DNA of 64,000 bases from an uncultured Chloroflexia bacterium. GTDB taxonomy: Bacteria; Chloroflexota; Anaerolineae; CG2-30-64-16. The stretch lies in the NCBI GenBank assembly GCA_963810095.1, contig CAWEMM010000014.1:264099-328098 (forward strand), read 5' to 3'. The first letter of the stretch is position 1. Each line of letters opens with the position of its first letter. A model generated the notes under the pieces. It did not search any database. It had not been told where the DNA came from and worked only from the letters and a program-made list of their open reading frames with translations. The translations under genes and the position numbers were made by a program. Positions 52,221 through 63,162 of the stretch are shown in pieces.

Positions 52221-52545
52221 GCGATGCCCTCCCGATACCCTATCGGATAGGGTATCAGGAGGGTATCAATGGGTCGGCATAACCTGTCGGTATACATATA
52301 CATATACAGTATACTATCCGTTAGAGTACTTCGTACTCTAACGTCGGCTGCGCCGACCCGCCCGCCACGTCTGCGACTGCTCGCTCGCGTGAACGATCAG
52401 TCATCTCTCCCATTCGACGCATAATTTGACGTAGATCAATACTAGCTACAATCGGACTTGTACGTCACATCAGCGAAAGGAGTGACGCGCAAGCGTCCCA
52501 TCCCCGTTCCACCATGCCGAATCGCATCACCCGCACTTCGCAAGT

Positions 52546-52734
52546 GTGTTCTCTCGATTTCTGTGTCTCCCGCCCGACCAACGGGCGGAACTGGCCGCGG
52601 CATTCGAGATCCTGCTCGCAATCGCCGAACAGAATCCCGCGCCTGTCGACCACCCGGACCGTGTCGCTCAGCGTCAAGCAGGCGTCGCGATCAACCTGCC
52701 GACCCATTCCCGCCCTGAACCTCCGCAAAGCTGA
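52546..52734 (+). CDS. Small protein resembling the repressor C-terminus (possible antirepressor); start uncertain
   Basis: SRFLCLPPDQRAELAAAFEILLAIAE; converges on the repressor gene. Confidence 0.4.
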   Translation: MFSRFLCLPPDQRAELAAAFEILLAIAEQNPAPVDHPDRVAQRQAGVAINLPTHSRPEPPQS

Positions 52735-53060
52735 TCATCTGATCAAACATGCGGATCAACGCCGTCTGCCTGTCGGCAGGCAACTGAGAAAACCGCCGGA
52801 GAGTGTTCCGAATCTCCGGCGGGAGTTCGCCGTATGCCCCGTCGGCTCAAGAATCCGGCAAGTTCCGCAAGATCGTGAATCGGGACGTCAGCGCGTCCGC
52901 CAGTTGGCGGATCAGCTCGAGCGTCGGCTTGTGCCCGTGCCGGATCGCCGACAGCGTCGCAGGCGAGATGCCCACTTTCCGGGCAAACTGGTTCTGCCCC
53001 ATATTACGGTTACGCGCCTGCTCCTGAAGATAGACGAACAGCCGGCTTTCCTCTGCTCAT
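52691..53060 (-). CDS. XRE/Cro-CI HTH prophage repressor (frameshifted; not in ORF track)
   Basis: Manual translation: NMGQNQFARKVGISPATLSAIRHGHKPTLELIRQLADAL. Confidence 0.8.
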
Positions 53061-53126
53061 GTGCCCCGCTCCTTCTGAGCAGCACTGGTTGACGATTGTA
53101 CCGAAAAAATCATGCAAGTCGAGGTA

Positions 53127-53155
53127 TTGACAATGCGTTTGTTTAGGTGTATGCT
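53127..53155 (+). promoter_or_regulatory. Rightward early promoter
   Basis: TTGACA-N17-TATGCT; opposing -10 TACAAT at 53095-53100. Confidence 0.72.
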
Positions 53156-53287
53156 CTGTTTATCAGTCGTGAACGAACGGTCACGCTAATCTGATCACCC
53201 GCTGTCTCTCCGGTCGGCGGGTTTCTTTAGACCTTGTTTCGTTCGTTCATGTGACCGATCTTTCGCTATAGAAACCGAAAGGAGAGC

Positions 53288-53740
53288 GTGGACGCACTGA
53301 CTCGCCTCTTGTCCCGTGTCACCGTCACGCCGGAGGGATGCTGGCTGTTCACGGGTTCGCTCGACCGCCGGGGTTACGGGCACTTCCGCCTCAACAGGCG
53401 CTTGCGCAAGGCGCATCAAGCCGCTTACGAACTGATGATCGGGCCGATCCCGGCTGGCTGTGTCGTCTGTCATCGCTGCGATAACCCTGCCTGCATCTGC
53501 CCGCTGCACCTGTTCGCCGGGACGCAGGCGGAGAACATCGCCGACCGGGATGCCAAAGGTCGGACGGCAAGGGGCGAGCGCAACGGACGGGCAAAGCTCG
53601 ACAGGCGCAAGTCGAGCACGGTTCGGCGCTTGCACGCAGCCGGGCAGCATCGCCAACAAGACGGCGCTGGCCCGTCAACTGGGCGTCTACCCGGCGGGCA
53701 ATTGACCACATACTCAACGGCCAGAACTGGCGGGAGTGAA
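53288..53740 (+). CDS. HNH endonuclease (HNH_3 type)
   Basis: [30 protein letters not shown]. Confidence 0.88.
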
Positions 53741-53742
53741 CG

Positions 53743-54179
53743 CATGGCCGACAAGCCCCTCCAACGTGACGACATCGCCCGCTATCTGCTCCGACGGGGC
53801 GTGTCGCTCGACGAGTTCGCCAGACGAACTGCTCTATCTCCAGTGCCACGGCGTCCCGCTCGACAAGGTCGGGCTGGTCGGTCGGGCGTGGCAACTGGTC
53901 TCCGAAATGCTCGACGAACGACAGGCGCTCGATCTGGCCGAACGCTACACCCTCTTGACGTGCTGCCCGCACTGTCGAGTCAGAGCACCCGCATCACCGG
54001 CGGGCGCGAACCCGTGCATCTACTGCCCGAACTGCGGCGCCGTCCGTGAGGACACGCAAGTCACCGCAACCGGACATGGTATCGCTGGTCAGCAACCGGA
54101 GCGACCGTTCATTCACGCGACAAACGCAATATATCGCAAAACTTATCCCAAAGTCAAACAGGGAGGACGGGGCGCATGA
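53743..54179 (+). CDS. Phage protein with C-terminal zinc ribbon (frameshifted)
   Basis: CPHC...CPNCG. Confidence 0.55.
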
Positions 54180-54520
54180 CTGTCTCCGCTGATCAAGTCA
54201 AGCGCGGCCTACGCATGGACTCCGGCGGGCGAAGATCGCCGCATTCGACGCCGGAGAGGAAGAAATCGTCGCCAAGGCGGAGTACGAGACCGCCCGGATC
54301 GCCGGGATCACTGCCGGGACGATCACCGGGCGGAACGACACGGAGCGCGACGCCGCCGCCAAGACCGTCTGCGCCGACGCAGTGGGTCGCAGTATCAGAT
54401 GGCGGTCGCCGAGGCACGGGAGGCGCGGCATCATCTCGACCTGGCGCAGACCGACGTCGACGAGATGCCGGGCGCTGCTGCGGCTGGAGGAACTGGCCGG
54501 ATTCGCCGGGTCGGGAATGA
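54176..54520 (+). CDS. Hypothetical helical phage protein (frameshifted)
   Basis: RBS GGAGG; ATGA overlap with the upstream gene. Confidence 0.4.
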   Translation: MTVSADQVKRGLRMDSGGRRSPHSTPERKKSSPRRSTRPPGSPGSLPGRSPGGTTRSATPPPRPSAPTQWVAVSDGGRRGTGGAASSRPGADRRRRDAGRCCGWRNWPDSPGRE

Positions 54521-54550
54521 TCCCGCCCAGTCACAACAGGGAGGCATAAC

Positions 54551-55330
54551 ATGGGGTTTTCAGAGGGCAGTCGCCAAGCCGTTCTGGTTGCGGCTGGCGC
54601 TCGACGGACCTGCCGGGTCGGGCAAGACCTGGACGGGTCTCGAAGTCGGCGACGTTCTTCGCTGCCCAGTACGGGCAGGTGCCCGCCTACATCGACACGG
54701 AACGCGGGTCGGCGTCGAAGTACGCGGCGCGAGTTCGCTTTCGACGTGGTCGAACATGAAACCGCCGTTTCATCCGGATCGGTTCGTCAAGGGCATCGCG
54801 ATGGCGGTCGAGGCGGGCTACAAGGTGCTCGTCATCGACTCCCTGTCGCACGCCTGGAACGGCCCCGGCGGCCTGCTGGAGATCGTCGACCAGATCGCCT
54901 CCCGCATGAACGGCAACAGCTACGCCGCATGGAAGGACGCGACGCCGATTCAGACCCGGCTGATCGACGCTCTGACCGGGGCGGACTGCACATCATCGCC
55001 TGCCTGCGGGCGAAGATGGACTACACGCAGGAGAAGGACGACCGGGGCCGCACGAAGATCACGAAGGTCGGCCTGGCGCCGGTGCAGCGTGAGGGCATGG
55101 AGTACGAGTTCGACGTCGTCGGCGACATGACCGTCCTGCACAACCTGATGGTCAGCAAAGACCCGCTGCGAAGAACTGACGGACCAGATGTTCGTCAAGC
55201 CGGGCAAGGACTTCGCCCAGATTCTCTGGAACTGGACGCAGTCCGGCGTGACCCGTGAGCAGTTGAAGGCCCAGCGGAGGCGGAACGCGCGGCGAGCGTC
55301 GGCGCGGGACGAACGGGACTGCTACGGTCG
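54551..55330 (+). CDS. AAA ATPase, Sak4-like phage recombinase (frameshifted; 3' end approximate)
   Basis: GPAGSGKT, IDTERGS, VIDSLSHAW, VQREGMEYEFD. Confidence 0.8.
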
Positions 55331-56148
55331 TAGCACCGCAACAGCCGACCGCCGAACGGCAACGGGGCGGAGGCTGGCAGTGCCGAAAGCCCTTTTCCGG
55401 GTGAGTCCGATCCGGTCGGCGTCGAAGACCCTACGGGTCTCGTCCGCTTGGCCGGACTGGTCGCGACCCGCTGACGACAGTCTGTCGTCTGGGAGCACGC
55501 CCGACGCTGCCGGTCATCCGTGGCACTGGCGGACGGCTCGACGGTTCCCGCCGGGGACGCCGGACTTGCCTCCGCCGTCGCTGGACCACCGGCGAGCGAC
55601 CGATGCAGTCCGGCTGCCTCCGGTCGGGCAAGCCGCACATGCCGACCCGCCGACAACTCCGGCATTCCGGTCGAAGTGACCTACACGGAGCAGGCCGCGA
55701 CGCCGACGCCGCCTCCGGCGCAGATCCGGAACCGGACGGGTCGACGACGGTCGTCATCGAGAACCGGGGGCAGATGAGGATCACATCGCCGGAAGTTCTG
55801 GCGGAGCAGGGCATGCCGACGGATCCGCCGCCGCACGGCAGACCCGCCGGCCCGAGTCCGGCGCAGAAGAAGAAGTCCGGGCGGGGCGGCCGCCTCCGTC
55901 GCCTCCGAAGTCTACAAGAGTTCCTGGCCATGTGCGCATGCATGGTCGCCGACGTCCCGTACTACCGGAACGCGCAAGGCGGGGCGGACATGTTCCGCAT
56001 CCTCCGGGCGGTCAAGGCCGAGGAGATCGACGGGTCGACCGACAGACCATCGACAATGCAATCGCCAAAGTTGCCGCCCGTGGGCGGAAGCACGAGGCGG
56101 AGGAACGCGAAAAGGCCGCACGCAAGGCGGCGAAAGTAGAGGCATTGC

Positions 56149-56482
56149 ATGACCGTAAGGACGTCGTCGCGGACAGCCGCCGGCGTGCCCGGCAGTCTCC
56201 GAACCGTCGGGGGTGTTCAGTGACGCAGTCGTCGACGCATACGAGAACCTGTCCCGCCGGGGCATCCAGCCGATCACGCCGTTCGATCTGTGGGCGCGGA
56301 TGGAGCTAACCGGCCAGATGGAGGGCACGCTGGCCGAAATCGTCTCGTGGGACACGGCGCACAAGCCGGGTAAGACCTACGCCGGCGTGATCGAGCAGCT
56401 GATCGCCGACCGGAAGTGCCGCTACCTGCAACTCGAAAAGCAGCGCGGACAGACCGTCGTCACCGAAGAAATCCCGTTCTAG
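56149..56482 (+). CDS. Hypothetical phage protein
   Basis: ORF 56213-56482 ending EEIPF. Confidence 0.45.
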
Positions 56483-56553
56483 CTCGCCGACGGGCGGTTG
56501 CCCTGCTGCGGGCAGCGCATCCCGCCCGTCTTTCATGCCCCACGGAGGATCAG

Positions 56554-57559
56554 ATGACTGCTGGCGTGTACGAGAACAAGTGCGTTGTCGTCCGCATTCC
56601 GGCATGGCATCGGCAAGGGTATGTCGCTCCCGAACCGATCACCGCACGGGAGGGCGTGCGGCACATGGGCGGATTGCCGCTGATCGGCAAGCGCCGCCTG
56701 CTGTGGGACGACGGGACGCCGTCGCCGTGGTACGGGCTGGGGCGGCTGGGCGCTGACGGCAAGATGGAGGAAGGGTTCGCCGCCGTTCCGCCGACTACCG
56801 CATGATCACGTTGGACGAGTTCGTCGACTGCTGGGAGCAGGGGACCGGGAACGCGCTCATCGACACGATGGGCGTGCTCAACGGCGGGAAAATCTTCTTC
56901 ATCACCTGCCCGCTGCCGGACACCGACATTCTGGGGCGACGAGATCAAGCGCAACCTGTCGGTTGCCCACTTCAACGACGGCGTAACCGCCGACTCCTGC
57001 CTGATCACGGGACGCGCTGGGTCTGCCAGAACACGCTGCTTGGATCTTTGGCGCGGGAGGCTGACGCGGTGTTCCGGGTGGCGCACGACACGGACATCAT
57101 GGGCAACCTGATCGGCTGGATGCAGAACGCCTACGGCACGGCGCTCGACAAGGCTGCGGCGGTCAAGGAGGCGCTGGAGATCATGGCCCGCCGCCCTCTG
57201 ACGCAGACTGAGGCAATCGAGACGGTCAAGATGACCGTCCCGCTGCCCCGCGAGCCCCGCCCGACCGGGTCGCCGAACGACGACGTCCGCCTGCGGGAGA
57301 ACTGGGGACGGGCGTGCGACAAGGTCGTCAAGGAGCGGGCGACGATCCTCAACCTGTACGAAGGGGCGGGTCTGGGCATGGAGACGCCCGCCGCGAATCA
57401 CACGGCGTTCGGTCTGCTACAACGCGTATCGGGGAGGCTTACGAGTACGTCATCCCCTCCACGAACGACAAGATACAGGCCCGCTCCTACCTGTTCGGCG
57501 AACGCCGGGTCATCGTGCAGCGCGGTTTCGATCATCTGCTGCGCCTCTGCCGGAACTAA
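56554..57559 (+). CDS. DUF932-family protein (frameshifted)
   Basis: PAWH..G, TMGVLNGG.IFF, R.VCQNTL, T.FGL. Confidence 0.75.
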
Positions 57560-57567
57560 GGGGCGCA

Positions 57568-57790
57568 TGATCGGGACTGAGCAGATGCCGCACTGCCCCG
57601 ACTGTCAGGGGCCGATGGCGCTGCGCCGCCCCATCCGCAAGGATTCGCCGCCGGAGTACTACTGCCCGGAATGTGACGAGCAGACAAGACCCGGCTGCGA
57701 ATCCGCCGGAACTGGGAGTCGCGAACGCCCGGCTCATGGCGGACATGGCCGGAGCATACTGCAACGACGACGTCTGGGAGCCTGCGCTAT
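57568..57790 (+). CDS. Small zinc-ribbon phage protein (3' end approximate)
   Basis: CPDC...YYCPEC. Confidence 0.45.
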
Positions 57791-58816
57791 GGGGAGCGTA
57801 ACCGCAGACGATCTCAAGAAGCTCGACCGTCCGGCATGGACGGCGCTGGTCGAGCAAGTCAAGGCGGATCACCCGATTGACAGCGTCATCGAGCATACCG
57901 GGGCGGGAGTACCGCCTGGACCGTGAGGGCATCGAACTGCGGGGCACGGATCACGACTCACTGGTCGTGACGCCGCGAAAGGGTCTGTACCAGTGGTCGT
58001 CGCGCAACGAAGCGGGCGACGTCATCACCTGGATGCGGCAACCGCTACAACGTCGGCATGTTCGACGCCGTCGCTGATGCTGGTAACGACGGGATTCGCT
58101 CCCGGTCGGGACAGCGAACACCGCGGTCCGGTCGTGGAGGACAAGCCGCCGCCGCCACTACTACCGCAGGACTTGCATCTCCGCTATCACCGGGCGCTGG
58201 ACGCCGCCGCCCGGCAGTGGTGGTACGCGCAAGGGATCACGGATCAGGGGATCGCCCGGTTCTGGCTGGGCGTCTGCGACGATCACCCCGAGTACGGACG
58301 GGCGTTCACGATCCCGGTCATCGAGAACGGCAGCGCTCGTCAACCTCCGGCTGCGGCTGGAGCACCCGACAGACGGCGCGAAGGACAAGTATCGCCCGTG
58401 GGCGAAGGGGTTGCGGGACGCAGCTCTACAACGCCGACATCCTGACCCCGGAACTGGGCGCAGTGGTCGTCACGGCGGGCGAGAAAAAGGTCATGGTGCT
58501 CTGGGAGCACGGCATCCCGGCGGTGACCCCGACGGGCGGCTGCGGCAACTGGAAAGACGAGTGGACGACCCGCCTCAGTTCTGCAGCAAGTGTATACATC
58601 GCATTCGACCCGCCCGAACAGGCGGCAGCGTGGAAGCTGGCGGAGCAGATCGGCGAACGGGCGCTAGTGGCCCAGTGCCCCGACAAACCGGACGACTACA
58701 TCCTCCAGCATGGCCGGGACGCATTCCGCGAGCGTCTAAGGAGGCGCTCCTTTCGCCGATCACGACTGGTGGAAGAAGCAACTAGGCGGTCGCAATCTGT
58801 GGGGACGACGATCTAG
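57789..58816 (+). CDS. DNA primase-like protein (zinc-finger-like N-terminus + TOPRIM; frameshifted)
   Basis: HDSLVV..K..Y.W.S...GDVI, TIPV, V.AGEKK, YIAFD, KPDDY. Confidence 0.7.
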
Positions 58817-58822
58817 ACGACG

Positions 58823-59240
58823 AATGACGACTTGATCGCCCGACTGCTGGCAGATGGCACGCTCCGGGCGGACTTGACGACTGGCGAATGTCAAGAACGG
58901 GTCGCAGGGTGGGCTGGAACGGCACGCGTAACGGGTACATGCACGTCTGGGTGAACAACCCAGACGGGACGCAAACGCACTTGAGAGTGCATCGGATCGT
59001 GTGGATCGCGGCGCACGGAGTTCCTCCGCCTGGATACGTTGTCTGTCATCTCGACAACGACAAGCACAATAACCGCATCGAAAACCTGCTTGCAGCGCCT
59101 CCCAGCGGTCAACGTCAGGCAAGAGGTTCGAGGACGGCTTGATCCGAAAGGGTGAAGATAGCCCTTACGCAAAGCTGAAGGGTGACACGGTGCTGAAGCT
59201 ACTCGCTGACTTTGCAGCGGGGATGATGTCCGAACTGGGG
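58823..59240 (+). CDS. Second HNH endonuclease (frameshifted; ends approximate)
   Basis: VHRIVW, VCHLDNDKHNNRIENL. Confidence 0.8.
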
Positions 59241-59327
59241 CAAGGTACCGTGGCAGCGAGACGGGTCACCGTGGTCGTCTCTGGAGCACCGAAGCGTGTC
59301 ACGGTCCTCCACCGCCGGAGCGTGAGT

Positions 59328-60193
59328 ATGGCCCAGACATGCGATACATACAAGCATGTGGCGGAGGAATGTGGTTCCAGACTTGAACCGACGCAAAGCT
59401 ACTCTGGTTCTACCTGCTCACGAACCCGTCGACGAAGCAGGCGGGCATCTACCGGCTCTGCCGCCGCGAACGATGGCGAACGAGACCGGGCTGCCGCGGA
59501 CGGGTCCGGCGCATCGCTCGCCCGGTTCGAGCAGGACGGCAAGGTCATGTACGCCGACGGCGTGATCTGGGTCAGCAAGATGCGGGCGTACCAGACCGGG
59601 GAGGGCATCGGGCGCAAGATGTCGGCGAGCAGATCATGGGCATCGAGAACGATCTGAGGGAGATACCCGACGGGCGGGTCAAGCGGGCGTATCTGAGACA
59701 CTATGGATACCCTGTCCCGGATGACCCGTTACCCTCAGATGACGTAGGGAGACCCTACTGACAGCGTATCCGGAGGGTGTCGGGACGGTCCCGACACCCT
59801 CCGCGCAGCCCGACCCGCCGCCTCCCGCAGACGGCAACGCGGCGCGATGGATGCGAAGGAGTGCGTCACGCTCGATCACGTCAAGCAGTACCTCCGTCAG
59901 GGCTGAAGGGGCCGACGGAGCGCGGGTTCAACCGGATCGCCGCCTGCGTCGCGCTGTACAACGCCCGGTTCGGCGACGACTATCCCGGCCGACTTCGGGC
60001 GGCTCGGCGAGATCGGCAAGCTGCTCTCCGGCGGGGATCTGGCGCTGGCGGAGCTGATCTGGAACTGCGCCGATCCCGGCGGGCGACCCGCACGACTATC
60101 TGAAACGCACGGTCGCGGCAAGCGCCGAACCGCACCCGGTCGGGGCAAGGGGCACAGGAACCGCCCCGGCGCGTATCGTCGATCCGCAGATGA
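59328..60193 (+). CDS. Phage replication initiator-like protein (frameshifted)
   Basis: LLWFYLLTNP....AGIY, MA.ETGL HTH; lies between primase and DnaB. Confidence 0.6.
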
Positions 60194-60210
60194 GGCGATA
60201 AGGAGGCAAC

Positions 60211-61550
60211 GTGCCGAGCCGTCAGTCCAACGGGACGCACGCAGGTTGAGACGGAACGGGCGATCATCGCCGTCCTGCTCAACGACACTCACGCGAGTCG
60301 TGCCCGTCATGGGCGCACTCGACGGGCCGGACGTGTTCACCGATCCGGTCTGCCGGCCGGCGTATGGGACGATCCTTGCGCGTCTCAAAGAGGACGTCGC
60401 CCCGAACGTTTACACGGTCTCGACCCGCTCGGGGCTCACGCTCGATGCGCTCAACGACATCGCCCGCCGGTGGAATACCAAAGTCAGTCAGGAAGTGCTG
60501 TACCTCTGCGACGACGTGGTCCGGGCCTACCGCGAGCGGGAACTCGCCGATGCACTCGACGAGGCGCGGACGCTGCTTGGCGCGGGCACGGACGACCTGA
60601 GGGGTACGCGACGCACGTCATGTCGATGATCGCCGCCGCCTCCGACCGCAAGGGGCAACGGGACTCGTCGATCACGGCGGTCAACGAACGACTCGACGCC
60701 GAAATCGCCGAGGCTGCAAACGGCATGGCGGGCTACTCGACCGGGCTGGAGTGGCTGGACATCAAGACGGGCGGGCTGCAGAAGTCGCACGTCTGGGTGA
60801 TCGGCGCGCCATACAAAGGGCAGAAAGACGTCGACCGCCCGGAACATGATCCTCCCGGCGCTGGCCGGGGCGCAGCGGTCGACTGGTTCGCCCTGGAGGG
60901 CACGCAGACAGGCGTGTCGGCGGCGCTCCAGTCGATGCTGGCGACGAAGCTGCTGTACGCGTGGCAGGGCCACCGCGAAGACAGGATCCTGTCTGAGACC
61001 TACCTGCTGCGGGGGTATGCCGAACCACGATGCAGAAACAGGCGCTGACCGAGCGCACGGCGGACGATCGAGGGGTACAACCTCCGCATCTACGACTCGA
61101 AGGACGGGATCACGTCGCCGGAACGGATGGCGACGCTGGTCAAGCGGGATCAGATGCTCTACGGGATGCAGATTTTCGTCGTCGACTTCATGCAGCGGCT
61201 GGGCACGGGCAAGCTGTACGACCGCATGGAGGCGGCGACGCAGACGCTCCAGACGCTGATACAGGAGGGCGGGCTCACCGGGCATACTGCTCTCGCAACT
61301 GAACGAGTCGGCGATCTGGGCGACGACGGGACGGGACGCCGACGAGCAACTACTCGCCCGGCGGCAAGGGCGGCGGCGATCTGCCCGCAGCGGCAGACTT
61401 CTTGATCACGACATCGTACAAACGGACGGACGACCCGGAGACGGCTGGGCGTGCGAGTTGAAGCTGGCCCGTCACGCGCAGCCGGGCAAGTGCATGTACG
61501 AGATCAACCCGCCGTCCGGGTTGATCCTGCGTGAACTGGGGGAGGAATGA
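60211..61550 (+). CDS. DnaB-like replicative helicase (frameshifted)
   Basis: ETERAIIAVLL, GYSTGLEWLD..TGGL, IGAPYKG.K, FALE, VVDFMQ, LSQLN. Confidence 0.78.
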
Positions 61551-61594
61551 ACGCACGGGGACATCTTCCCCTACGTCGACGCCCGGAGGGGCAA

Positions 61595-62163
61595 GTGATC
61601 GAGACAAGCGATTATCGGCTGGACGCTGACGTTCTGGCGTCCCTTGCTGGGAACGCAGATGGTCGGCGAACTGGCGGGACCGACCGACGAACGCTGACGA
61701 CGGCGACTATCGCCGAACTCGGGAAGCACACGACCTACTTCTTCCGCAACGCGAAGGGCGAACCGATCCTCTACGACTATCACCTGCATGGGGTTTCTCA
61801 AGGAGGCGGCGAGGCGCTCAACGGCAGGGTCACGGGCGGGGTCAAGAACCTCCGCAGAAGGTCGAGAATCTGGTTTCGTGTCCCCGGTCGAGATTCCGCT
61901 GATCCTCCCGGCCGGGGGAGGAACCCGGCCTGTTCGAGCGGCCCTGCCGCAGGCGGACGCCGTTCGGGCAGCGGGTGTTCATCGCTTGCAGCGAGACGAT
62001 GCCCGCCGAGACCCGGCTGACCGCCGGGATCAGCGTGTATCCCGGCGAGATCAATCAGCGGGTGCTGGAGGACTTGCTCGACTGGGGCTTCCATCACGGC
62101 ATGGGGCAGTGGCGCACGGGCGGCTGGGGCCGATTCCGCTACACCCTGAGCCGGAACGAGTAA
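61595..62163 (+). CDS. Stand-alone Cas7/RAMP-like protein (~190 aa, frameshifted)
   Basis: Reconstructed across frames: YRLTLTFWRPLLGT; GEPILYDY..MGFLKEAA; ERPLR; SETMPAET; LLDWG...GMGQWRTGGWGRF (G-rich loop). Confidence 0.72.
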
Positions 62164-62280
62164 CGCGACGGCGCAGCTACGCTAGGCCGGAGCGATCCGC
62201 TGCGCACGCGAGCAACGGCGCAGCCAACCCAAGCGACCGACGCAAAGGCACAGCAACCGGAGGGCGGGATCGACCGCCCC
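62164..62280 (+). ncRNA. Putative small RNA: pentamer-periodic tract plus 3' hairpin
   Basis: NGC-NN periodicity, three GCRAMGGCRCAGC copies, hairpin GGGCGG/CCGCCC at 62262-62279. Confidence 0.55.
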
Positions 62281-62301
62281 ACAAGTAAGGGGAGAAAAGA
62301 G

Positions 62302-62538
62302 ATGCGGTATTGCGAGTATTGCAGCGCGGCGGGAGGCGACGGAACACATCACCGTTATCGTCGACGCATTCGGGCCGGACGGCATCAGAGCGGTTGTATG
62401 CGCAGTTCTGGCTGTGCCCGGACTGTGTCAAGGCGCTGGGGCAGTTGTTCGTCGAGGACGACGGACTCAAGGCGCGGGTTGCCGCCGCGCTGTTGCGGCG
62501 CAGCCGCGGGAATGCCAGAAGTAACCATCGGCTATTGA
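62302..62538 (+). CDS. Small zinc-binding phage protein (frameshifted)
   Basis: CEYC...LCPDC; purine-rich RBS. Confidence 0.5.
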   Translation: MRYCEYCSAAGGDGTHHRYRRRIRAGRHQSGCMRSSGCARTVSRRWGSCSSRTTDSRRGLPPRCCGAAAGMPEVTIGY

Positions 62539-62634
62539 CGACGACTCGCCGGGTCGTCCGGCGGGTCGTTGTCGCGCTCATCTACCCGGCGCATTGCTAC
62601 CCCGTGCGCTGGAGTCCACTTCTGAGGTAGGTCT

Positions 62635-63100
62635 ATGAAGTTGTTTGCACTTGCGCTGGCGGTCGTCGGCGTTCTTCGTCACGCCCCAGCCCGTGACCGG
62701 AGAGGCGACGTACTACAACCCCGACATCATGGAGGGCGTGTACGCCTATAGGTTGCGGACAGGCGAAGTGCAACCGTGCCCGGAGTGCGTGGGCATGGTG
62801 GCGCTGCTCCGGGCGGAAGACATCGGTCGCAAGGTCTGGCTGGAGCATCCCGACGGGTCGATCATCGGACCGCTGCTGGTCGTCGACTGCGCGGCGGAAA
62901 GACGACGTCCCGCATCTGGTCAGGCGGAACTGGGTCGTCGACGTTAGCTGGGAAATCTCCCGGCACTGGAAGATGCGCGGGCCGATAGACGGCGTGACCG
63001 TCCACTTCCGCCGGCCCAGGCAACCGGAGCGGATCGAGCCGGGTCGCCCGCACGTCAGCCCGCCCCGGCAGGCGATGGCAGGTGCATGTGGGACGTCTGC
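62635..63100 (+). CDS. Secreted double-psi beta-barrel (RlpA/3D-like) protein (frameshifted; 3' end approximate)
   Basis: Signal-like N-terminus, GEATYY, IGRKVWL, LVVDC, VDVSW. Confidence 0.55.
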
Positions 63101-63162
63101 CCATGCAGGCGGATGCTCCCGTGCAACGCAGCATCTTTGTACTAACAAGAGGACGGCAAAAC

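Noticed and set aside
62164-62260. Canonical CRISPR mini-array after the RAMP gene
   Set aside because: The repeats are only 13 nt, unevenly spaced (47 and 30) and the intervening DNA is itself periodic; reported as a different RNA type instead.
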